Under the pieces are notes generated by a model. The model made no database searches. It saw only the letters and a program-made list of their open reading frames with translations, and was not told where the DNA came from. From Amoebophrya sp. A120 (taxonomy: Eukaryota > Protista > Dinoflagellata), in contig CAJINV010000003.1 in NCBI GenBank assembly GCA_905178155.1, positions 7,187,612-7,251,611 of the forward strand: a stretch of 64,000 nucleotides of DNA, read 5' to 3'. The position numbers were made by a program, and so were the translations under genes. Below, piece after piece: positions 50,445 to 61,700 of the stretch; the first letter of the stretch is position 1; each line of letters opens with the position of its first letter.

Positions 50445-51245
50445 CTACTTTGCCGCGCTGCCCTTGTTTCCGGCTCCTGCGTTTGTGGGGGATGAGGTAG
50501 ACTTTGCTGCAGATGAAGAGGATGCTCCACCGCCCCTTCTCGGCGACTTGCTGCTGCTCTCGGCTGCTCCGCCACTACTTCTCCCCGCAGACATCAGCAT
50601 GGAGTTCACCGTGGCCTCGTCGTCCTCTAGGAAAACCCGGTCGGTGGGCACCTTCAGCTTCAGTTTGTGCTTCATGAACCCGCGCACGTAGCTGCTGGCC
50701 AGGTCCCACACGTCGTGGCAGTCCGGGGACGTCAACAGGTTCACGTCCGCCTTCTTCTTGATTAAGAGGAGAAAAACCTGCTGGTCGAAGTTAATCGCAG
50801 CTAGGTGGAGCAAGGTCATCCCCGTGTCCGGGTCCCGCGTGTTTGGCGAGACGAAGGCCAGTATGAAAATGTGCAAAAGTCTGCTACTAGTATGTACCTC
50901 TTGCGTGGAAGAAGAAGATGAAGAACAAGAAGACGAATAAAAATGCAAATTCTAATATGGTGAAAGATGAAGTAGGTGACATTATATTTTCAACTTGTGG
51001 TGCGCGGATCCTCACTTGACTTCTTTGTTGTCAAAGTTCAAGAGGCAATAAGTACAAGTGACAGATTCTTCCATATGCATAACGTTCAAACCGGCGCGAA
51101 GCTTGGGAACGTCTTTCTCTTTGACGGCCTGGACGATCTCCTTCGGACCAATGTCGTAATCCGCAATGAGCCCCATCATCTTCTTCACCTCTTTCTCTTC
51201 CTGGGACTTCTTCTTTGCCGCTTTCTGCAGATTAGGAGACAGCAT
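50445..51245 (-). CDS. Chimeric ankyrin-repeat protein (~190 aa); ATG supplied by the array repeat
   Basis: MLSPN|LQKAAKKK...KLRAGL..FVSPNTRDPDTGMTLLHLAAINFDQQVFLLLIKKKADVN after removing TAT...ATA intron 50862-51081 plus 5 nt. Confidence 0.65.
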
Positions 51246-54200
51246 CCTCGTCACTACGAGCCTCGACTTTCTGAGAAAACAAAAACTATATGGACTAGCT
51301 TTTCCTCGTCACTTTCTCCCTACAACATTGCGCAACGTGGTTCGCAAGAAGAACTAACATGGCAGCTAGGCACCAAACTCCAACTGGTACAATTGCCGTC
51401 GCCGACGTGGTGAAGATGTTACAACCCAATGCAATCTCTGTCTCGTAGTTTTATATTTTCATCCAAAACTGTATTCTGTATCCGTTGCATTCCCTTCGTT
51501 AAACGCCAAGGTGCTGATGTTGTTGGAAACATCCACATCGGCAAGGGTAAGCAGCGCAAGCGCTACCGCTACTGCATTAAAGTTCATTTTTTGCTCACAC
51601 AAGAACGCCCTATCTTGTTATCAGTTTTCCTGGTCAATGAAGTAGCAAGCTATGCGCAGCTGTTGTGGACAAAAGTGCGAAGAACGAGGGCAGCAACTGC
51701 ACAAGGACAAGCGGAGAGACAGACTTTTGCTCGACCTGAAGTTCGATCATCCTCCTGCTGCTGACTGTACTTTTTTTGTAGCCGTACGATATTTTTGCAT
51801 CATTTAGTCCTTTCTAATTTTTTTTTAATTTTTTCTAAGAACTCGAAGTATGCCATTGCCAGCTACACTTTCCAGAAGACCCTCCGGCTCTCCTCCCTGA
51901 GCTCGTTCCTATAGTAGTAAAATCAATATATTTAGCGTAGCATTTATATTGCTCCATCAAATATAAAAGTAGACTAGATCCGCAGTCGTGCTCGCGACTC
52001 GGGGTGTCGGTGTGGAAGGTCGTCACCAGATCAACTGGGATAAAGATAATGTTACATGCGGACGAGTGGAAGCTCGCTCTTATTTTTCGTTAATATCTAT
52101 ATCTTTTAGCATGTGCATGCCCAGCAGTTGCCAGCCAGACATGAACTACTACGCTAAGGAGCAAAGAGTCAACTCTGAAAGAAGGAGTCAGATTCAATTC
52201 ATGTTCCGGGTAGTAATTAGAACTGCAAAATGCACTTTTTTCATTTTGCCGTGTAAAGTGGTCTCGAGATGAGAAGAAAGGAGCCTCCTGCTGCCATTCG
52301 CTTTACTTAGCCGTAACATGATACATTGAATTCGTCTCCACATCATCATCAGAGAGTGAGCTAATCCTAGTTGTCGGTCCTCCCACCCGCACATAGGCCC
52401 ATACCGTTAACAAGCGGAGACGCTAGCGATTAGGGCAGAGCGAACTGCCATGCTTCCGATCTATGACAATGACGTAGTTGTAGTTCTTGAAGCATTTAAA
52501 TAAATATGAAGAGGATGCATGGTCGTGCATTCTCTCGGAAGTCCCTCCCTCGGCGCCACCAATCCGCGTGAATTGTTTCTCCTGATTACGCATACGTAGA
52601 GGCTGACGCTATTATTTTTCATGTTGGCGTCATTTCCACACAAGGCCACGGCACACTGTCTTCATGCTCTACTTTCTATAAAAACGTCGAGTGTATAGAA
52701 TCGCGTTCTGATTTCCATTTCCATGTATTTCTAAATTCCTCTCGTCGCCTTTGTGACGGACGACACAGAGCCAGAAGCCCTGTCGCACTGTCTTGATGCA
52801 CACGAGAGGACAGATTTGTATGTATACTTACATAGTCGTGCTTGTGGTCTTGGATGTATAAGATAGACAGAGCATCGGACTTGAATATAGGCCAAATCGA
52901 AGACAACTATTTCTATTTCCGATTCTTCGCATGAAGGTGCTCTTTCATTTCTTACCTAGCCCAGGCGTGGGCAACGACTCGGAGGTGCATAGAAACATTG
53001 TACGACACGGGCATCGGCATCGTTGCGCTTGTTGATTGTCCGCTTGATGTAAAACTAGAAGTCCAAACTCAGCCAGTGCGCATTGCAAAGTTTTCAGGAC
53101 CACGATGTCATATTTTCATCAGGTACAACGTACATCTACATTTACTGTCAATATTGTACAACTAGCGGCAAGACATGCCTCGTTATCCTTAAGTGTGACA
53201 GGATCATGAAATAGAAATACCACCAGCAACTACAAGATACTAGACAACTCCACACGACGGAAAACTTCTCGTCGGCAATGTCCAATCGATGTCCTGTAAG
53301 GTGGCGTAGCAACCGTTCTGTGATGACGAGCATATAATTTTTCTTCCTTAGTTTACTGCTTGTTCTATCTTCGATTGCAAGTGACTCCAGAATTCAACGT
53401 GGTTCCCGATAGATTGGAACCATGCTGAAGCTGATGCAAGGCCAACCATTCTGCTGCAGCAGCGCCAGCAGCGAACAGCAGGCTGTCAACATCAAATGAG
53501 TCATAGAGACCTTGCAACTCCTTTTTTTTGAATGGCGACATCATTGACGTAACAAAAAAAACTCGCTATAAAGATATTTTTTTTTTTCTTTCTGCTACAT
53601 CGACTGCACATCATGCTTTTAAGTATGTTGTGTAAGGCTACGGACACCCACGGCCATGACTCTCAGTCAAAGAGCCTGAATAATGAAATGCGTGAAATTA
53701 CAAGGAATCCTGACACTAGGCTACTGCTTGCGCCCCCTAGTACTCACGAATTCCTAAAAACAAAACGTATGGCTCCTGAATGCAAATGCAACTTGTTCTC
53801 GCAACTTAATCGTCTTCGTGCAAAAGTGTTGGAATCAAATTCATCAACGTCGCGAGTATAATCGTCGCACTCGACATCGCTTGAGGGTTTTTCGCCTCAC
53901 CTAGTATTCGAGCTCGAGAATGAATCGACTAAACAACATCAGAGAACGAAATAACAATCAATATAGAACCTTGGATCTCAATAAAAATAATTTTATTTTT
54001 TATGAAGCAACGCCTATGATCTCGCTTTTACTCCAGACGATGCCCCCTTGGAGCGGCTGTGAGAGCTCCGCGAAGCGCCCTCATGAGCTAAGACTCGACC
54101 ACGCGCAATACTGTAATAGAGGCGGTTACAGGTGAATCTGGCCGTGTACAAGCCGCCTTAAAATCTAAAAACGTAAGGCCAGGACCTGGTCGTGAGATGA

Positions 54201-57200
54201 CTGGAAAGAATAGGCCGGAACAACTTCGTGGCCCAGTTTTATTTAAGATTACGTGGCTTTACTGCACAAAGTGCATACAATCACTTCGATTCATCTACAG
54301 ACTTAGTTCTTGTTTTTCTGATTTTTTTCATTTCATTTTATATAGGTATAGCTTGCATGAAAAATCTGATTTGCCGTTCCACTCCGATGGCATACTATCG
54401 ATAAAGCAAAAGGAGCAGGAACACCTAGTAGCGGCTTCATATTGTTGCACTAGCAGATACAGAACATGCCTACAACTTTTTCATTAACATGCCAGAAATA
54501 AGAGATGGAAGCTTTCTTGCAGCGCAGCCGCAGCGTCGGTATCCGCCTCTTGTACATACTTATTTCTTGTTGGTAAAGATAGACCGTTCCGTGCGTGGTT
54601 TTCGTCCGGAGGTCATCGTAGTGCCAACGTTCTTCTGGTTCTGTTCTTCTTGGTAAGTCGAATACAAATGCGTACGCTGCTGCGTGAGTCGTTCCTATTG
54701 TACTGCTATGGCGTTCTGTCTTCGAAAGTAACCAAAATACCCGAACTGGATAACGAGCTTGAAAGGTTGCAGGCAAAATTCGGCTTTGTGCGAGTATTTC
54801 AAAAGTAGTATACGAAAATTCGTGGCCAAGCACGACTTATAGTTGCGAAATAGATGCAAAGGGAGCAAAAATGTGCACAACTAATAGAGTTAGAGTCGCC
54901 AAAGTATAGTCTACTTACCTCGTCATGGTAGAGGTGCGTGGCTTTGGCTTTTGGCTATGTTGATATATGATTTATTGAAATTGAGGTTGATATATACATA
55001 GAGTTGCACAGTCCCTCTCCCTGCTCCAGGCCCAGCCGTAACACAGTCACACATCCGTCGGTCGTTTGCTGGTCGCTCGTTTACGGCATGCAGCACCCTG
55101 GACGGTGCGCAGAAGACTCTCGCGAGGAAATAGTTCGCGTTCGTCTGCCGACAAGCACCGCAGCGCCTTCAGGTTCACTCCCAACCGGGCAGTCGGGAGA
55201 CCACGACCAAGCTCCGTCGTCTTTGTGTCGGTATATCGCATACAGTTTTCCCTTGCGCGATCTTTTGCTTTTCGCTATGGCCGAACCGCTACCACAACGG
55301 TCGTGTAGTACCGCACGGGTATTGTCATCTTCTCCCTCATGCGACCCCTTTCGGAATGCGTGCTCGGACAGGAGGCGTGTGTGTTCCTTCAAGTTCTTCA
55401 GCGTCAGTGGGAACACTCCCGGGGGAAGAGATTGCGTCGAACCGGAACTCGAGTAGTTGATCTTTCTGGACCTGGAATTGGTATCGGACCTCTCGTCTGA
55501 AGCCGAATCTATACCCTGCAAGTTCTACAGCCCCTCTGCCGCGGCCCTCTGCTTTTTTGCAGCATTGATTCGGATATTAATTTGCCCGCATCATCATCTT
55601 CTACAACTTGGAAATTATAAGCAGTACGAAAGAAAGAAAGCGAAACTGATGCAGTCGCAGCTGTTGGCAAGCTGTAAGCTGCTAATTCTTCGATAGACAG
55701 ATACGAGCTTCTAGCGAATTCAAGTTCAACCTCTGAAGCGATCATCTATATTCCAGTGGGGTGGGCGATTTTGATTGCATATAGACATAAAAGAAACAAG
55801 CACGCACAGGATACGGACAAACTGAGCATGGGGGGAGAGCAGAGGCCATATGAACATTTTTGTGCTTTGCATAGAATCTGGCGCGGTTGAGGTGCTTGCG
55901 TTTTGAATCACGCGCATGTCGTCGGTATGAGGCCCCCTGGTGCCGTATCCTGTGTAAAAACGTTCCCGATCCATAGCCATATTCAAGTTGGAAAGTGAGC
56001 GACGCAATTGAATCCGGAAGCTCAAGCTGTTGGAGTCACGCATGACGAGATTCTGCGTATCTGTATTGGGAGCGCAGCTTGGCAAGCGCAGTCGCATCAC
56101 AAACCCACCACCTTCTGCTTCTCCTCTTTATAGCATCACAAATTCTACAGAGACGCGACTGCTTACTAAAGGGCAAGGATGCCTGTTTCTGTCATGGGAC
56201 GCATGCGCATTCTACTTACTTACAGACGTTTCTCTTCCTGTAAAAAATGATGGAGATGCAAACGGGCATGACAACTCTGGGAGGGACGTATTTACCCAGC
56301 ATATGCCGCGGTAGCGATGCAGCGTGACCGGTCGCGAACGTCTTTTATCTACTGCGGGTGGTCGTGGTGCTATGCATTTCAAAGATGCCTCGGTCTCAGC
56401 GAAAACCTGTGAGTGTATGTTGCATCGTGACCGAGAGACGTCCAATGCTTATCTACAAGGACTGGAGATCGATGGCATCATTTCTCACGCAGTCTAGGCA
56501 TGTAGAAGCCCAAGCCTCCGCAGAATTTGCTACGCTCTGTGCGGATGATTCTCGCAAATGCAAAAACTCCATGACTACAGTCATGCACTTTCTTCCACAC
56601 CAAGACATACTTGCATGCATTTGATAGAAGATAGTCTGCGCCCCACGGGGTGTTGTGCGTCGTCTACTAGTTCCAGACTCGGCTTGGCCTGCCATCGCTT
56701 AGATTGAATGGTGCGGCTCGGGGCTGGAGTAGAAGATGAAGATGGGGCCGACCAGGCTAACGTCCCCGATGCAGTCACGCTGGACGGAGTTCCGCGCAGT
56801 GGTCCTTGTCCTTCATGCTGCCGGTCATCGCGACTCCGACTCCGCCAGCCGCCTAGCGAGCTTGTTGCCTGGGCCTGCCGCAATCTTGTTCCCTGGTCCT
56901 CTTGCTCCACGTGGTTCCCGTTCGGTTCATCTTCACCAGATGAAATAAACTCAATATCTTCAACTGACTGAATGCATCGAGATCCCGGCGGCTCGTCTTT
57001 TGCATTTTTGTTTTTTTTTCGGAGATTTCGCACTAAGCATCGCTCCGCTGCAAATCTCGAATCTGTCCCGGGATCGAGTGCGGGGAAATCCAGTGGTTGT
57101 GCATCCGCGAGAAAGGCAATAGCACACCAATGCCATTACACTCTGACCACTCATCTCGTTTTATTGTTAGTATACGAATAATACTCTACAACTAAAGTCT

Positions 57201-57202
57201 AT

Positions 57203-58410
57203 CTAATCCTTGTGTCCATTTGATTTTAAGATTCCGCAACAGAACGGCGGCCTGTGATATGCATGACAAGAAGCGACGTCTTTCGACGTGGAACGTTCGC
57301 AGATCTTCATCTGATCCAAGTGCGACATGTGCTTTAGCTTTTCTCGTCCATAATGCAGCCCCTCTACTCTGTGCAGGGCCTGAAGAGCAGCGGCTTCGTC
57401 GGTGTCCATTTTTAGGAAAGCCCGCTTGTAGTGCTGGAATTCAGGAACTGAAACACAGATGTTAAAATCTAGCAGGGAAAAAAAGGCCCACTCCAATTTG
57501 TTTAACTCAGCCAACGGCACTCCCCCGATTAAGGCATATCGCGTGTTGGAGAAGAATCGATCGTCCCAATACTTCGAAGCCAGTGTGATTGCGGCAAGCC
57601 AAAAACGGTAGAGGTATGAAGCGGAAGTGCCTGACATTGGGGAGTGCTGCTAGCCCGCCCTGGGGGCTTTTGTCATCCACATTAATAAAATTGAGGAAAC
57701 TCAAATTTTATGCGCGCCAAAAGTTAGTCAATTCCTTGTGGTTCCGAACGATTGTCATCTATTAGGAATAGGAACAAGAATGGCGCTCTGCATCACAAAT
57801 GGGGCGACGTAGGGATGGCCACGCAGCTACAAGTTGGGCTCTATCTTGGGACTAGCAGCAGTCTGGGAGATCGTTCGCCTTCCGTCCATAAAATGTTTGC
57901 ATTGTTCAGGCGGTGGCTCCGATGTTTTCCGGGAGGGTCGACGCTCGTCAGCGACGCCCGCAGTCGGTCAAGATAGATGTACGCGATAACGTAGCTTTCC
58001 GCACTCGCGTCGAAGTGCTTGTGGAACCGCGCAAAATACTCGTTCAGAGGCATCGACGTCTGGCTCGTTAAGTAAAACATGTTGAGTCGCTCGTCCTCGC
58101 AATATTTCGGCCTGCGATAAATGCCGAAATGAGTTTCGGCGTAGTTAATAACTTTGCGCCAATAAAGGTCCGGCTCAATCAAGTCCAGAGTTAGCGAGTC
58201 CTGCATTTCCATGGGCAGGGCGATCTTCTGCAGCGCTCTTGCGACGTTGCGCACCAAACGGCCATCCTCTGCATCAGCTGCTTGGTCAAAAATTTGCCTC
58301 AGCTGCTTCGGCTTCGACTCGTCTGACTGCTGCATCAGCTGCTTCGCCTCGTCTGACTCTAACTTTCCGACCTCTGCCAAGGGATCGTCGTACCGTCCCG
58401 TTGCCGCAGG
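57203..58410 (-). CDS. Cyclin, PHO80/P-U type; may extend further 5'
   Basis: PLNEYFARFHKHFDASAESYVIAYIYLDRL and RFWLAAITLASKYWDDRFFSNTRYALIGGVPLAELNKLEWAFFSLLDFN; probable GC-AG intron 57631-57878. Confidence 0.9.
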
Positions 58411-58754
58411 CTGAAAAGGCCGATCCAGCTGTCCCAGATGATTGTAGCAGGGAAGCTCAGGTCATCGGAGAAAAAAGCTTGCAGCTCTCAACGTCACCAT
58501 TTTGCGACTCACAGTTCCGTCAGAGGAATACGTCTGCTCGGCGCGAACCTCGAATCATGATCGATATCAAAGCTAACTACTTTCATGTCAGCTGGAGCCC
58601 ACGACAGTTTTCGCTTACGCACGAGTGCCGCCACAGCCCTCTTCTGGCATCCCCTCCGGGCCGTTTGCATTTCCGTTTAATATTTTCTCGTATAATATAT
58701 GCAAGAATAACGCACGAGATCAAGAATCACATGAAGCTGCACCTTTCTGGGTAC

Positions 58755-61700
58755 TTATGGAGATTGATTTTGCCTTTGTCTTTGTGCTGTGTATAAATAT
58801 AACATGTGTGCAAAAGGGTGACGAGCTCGGTAGAGATGCTTTTTTGAAGATACTCCCGGACGACATTCCATGTCCGTCTCCGCGTCCGCGTCATCAAACG
58901 AAGCAAGCGACACAGCGTTCGCACTGCCGGCGTCGGCCGCTGCGCCCCCCCGAATATCAGGTTGGACAACACCACCGCCACCCAACAGGCCGCCATAGGC
59001 TAGAGGAGCATCGGAGGGGCAATTCTTTTGTGGCGCCGCCACGGTTGCGGATGTCGTGCCTTCCCCGCGGCCTTGAAATTGTGGACAGGATCTAGAAGTG
59101 CTGCGTGTGGTGCCGAAGTGTTGTTGTAGTTCCGGCATTTCTTCACTAGCTACACCCGCACTGATCATGCCCACCCGTTCTACTTGATGAGCACGCGACT
59201 CAAGAGCGCGACGAGTGGATGCCTTCTCCTGCTCTGGTGGTGGTGGATGCGCATGCACAGCCCCCGGTGAGTTCGGCCCATTTTTCCTGGCATCTTTGTA
59301 ATGCTTGTCTTGCTGGTCACACGCGGAGCAAAGATCTCGCAGCGATTGACGGGTGACGCCGTATACTGCGTCCTGCTGCGGCACGAAGGCTCTTTTGTCC
59401 CGGTCGCACCAACCACTACCAGAAGATGCACCTTGCGCTTCTTGCCCTGTTTTTTCATCCGCGCCCGCTGCGATGTCGGGCTGCGTTGTAATTCGAAATT
59501 AATACTAGGCGAAAGCCTTGACTTTATGGTGCACGACCATTTTAAAAATCACATGTAGTAGCAAAAGTAGACAAACTTAATCTCTTCAAAAATATTATCC
59601 TATTTCACACCATCTACTTTAGATATACTCGCGAACTAGCGTCGTGGGCGTCCGAGGTTTTGACTTGGCCTTCAGGAGAACGTAAGCATTGCTGAGAGGC
59701 GCGCCGGACGATTATGCCCTGCAAAGGTCTTACAATTTCGCGCGTTTGTTCCACAACGACAATACTGCAACAAGATACCAAGAGATGTTTTCTTGCAGCG
59801 CACAGTAGAAATGCGATTTTGGGCTTTTGGGACAGCGTACAACCAAGATAATGTATATCTATATTTATTCTATATTCATTCATCAACAACATGGCGCAGC
59901 GCTGGCGTCGGCATGCAGTGCATACTAACACGCGTCGTGAACTACATGCTGCAAGCGTGTGCTGCCAGAAGATTATTTACTTTAATCATGAGCTTAAAAG
60001 CGCCTAGGTATGTGCGACGCGCCCATCCCAATCTCAGGACGTGCACTTTTTGCAGCGACAGGTTCATGTATGCTAGTAATGCAGCAGCCGAAATTGTAAC
60101 GCGTGAACCAGCCATATCGATGCCTCTGTGTGCCCGGCGGCGCTTCAGGTTTTATAGAACTGGATTGGCTCCTGATGTCTTTGTGCTCCTGCACGCTCAC
60201 CCCAGAAGCGTGGCTTTTTCACCGTAGAAAAAAAAAACTTTAACCTGCAAACAGATACTAGATTCGAGTAAATACTGATGGAGGAGCAGGAGCATAGAGC
60301 TAGGCAGTATGTAAAATTAGAGCGCAGGTCTTTCACGGTACAGTCGTGGTGACCATGAGTCACAATTCTCAGACAAGTCATGTGATGCAATTCTTGTCTG
60401 CTCTCAGGGATCCCAACAGACGAGAATGACCACGAACATACGAGGAGCAAATCCATTTTCATATCTTTTTCACCGGCGAGCCACCTGGAGTGTTCGGCGA
60501 CGGCGACGAGCCCGGTGTAATATCATCCTCCACCGTGGCATCAGAGTCGTCTTGATCTTGTACTCCTGCACCTCCGTTGACAGGACCTTGCTGTGCGACA
60601 ATATCGGCCCCTCCAAGGCGATCGTCGTGCAGCGAGAGAAGGCGCATGGAGTCATTCAATAGTTCATCAACTACAGCAGCAGCTGCATGATCACCTTCAC
60701 GTTCACCACCGCCGGCACCAGCACGAGAAAACTGGTCCTCCGCGCTGTCGCTGGTGAGTGAAGTGCTGGTATGAGCCGCCGAAGCCGAACCCAGACCGGC
60801 TCCCGATGGGCTTCTTGTCGAGTCTTGATCATTGGCCCTGGCCACACGGCCCTGGTGGTGACCACACGTCGACAGCCGGTTGATCCCGATTGGGTGGTCG
60901 TGGACGCAACCGAAGTGCTCACCATCGGTCTCAGAGCCCGGCTCTTGCTCTTCTCCCTCGCCCGACTATGGGAGTGAAAAGTCGTGGGAAATCGCCAAGG
61001 AGATTCAAGGAGACCAAGGCGCAACCCCAGGAATAGGAAAAAAATAAAAATATAATTATGATATAAGTATATTTTTGCAAAGTTACAACATGTCCGACTA
61101 GGAGGTCCTCAGAGGAACTTCGACCCACCCAGCCGGGTGGGCCTTGTTAGGTCCCCGGCCCCAAAAATTAAGTTATGAATCCACCACAGCTCGCGCTCGC
61201 GAGTGTTTCAGTTTGTTTTCTCGCCGGATTCATGATCCATCCGAATCAAAAGCAATATTTATATGAGGAAGTATGCCGTCCAACCGAGCTTCTACCGTAC
61301 GCAGAATTACAACTACTCGTTGCATCCCGTGCAATGCGAGCACTTTACGCAGCCTGCTCCTGACAGCTCAACATGCAAAGTGAAGATAAGAAGTTCTTGA
61401 TTCGATCAAGAAGTTAGAGATGTCCCGCGACGTCTTGCAGGTCGTCTTTCATATCACCGCCTTTGCACGGAGTGCGCCGCCGACGGAAACATCATCACTA
61501 CCGGTCATATCTGGTAGTGATGTTTCCGTCCGTACCACCCCGGCTGCGGCTGCCACGTCGCGTCCTTTCGTCGGGAGATCCGGGACGAGGGTAGCCTCCG
61601 AGTCGCTGGAAAAATCGCCCCCGACCCGGGATTTCAACATTATCCCAGGATAGGCTTGCAACTCGCTGCCACTCAGGCAGTCCTCGCGATCTGTCCTCCG

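Larger units (their letters stand above)
43550..51305. repeat. Array of gene-fragment cassettes separated by a recurrent 38-bp core repeat with variable extensions
   Basis: Core GATTAGGAGACAGCATCCTCGTCACNACGAGCCTCGAC starts at 43570, 47394, 49020, 50111 and 51230. A sixth copy probably starts at 45786, at the edge of the N gap. Confidence 0.9.

Noticed and set aside
43550-51305. Calling the array a CRISPR locus
   Set aside because: Spacers are 1-2 kb, repeat lengths vary, there are no cas genes and the DNA is eukaryotic. Only the architecture is analogous.
51400-57150. Scattered short ORFs between the array and the cyclin
   Set aside because: Some GC-rich patches (55081-55521, 56581-57033) may be exons, but I could not build a supported gene model.
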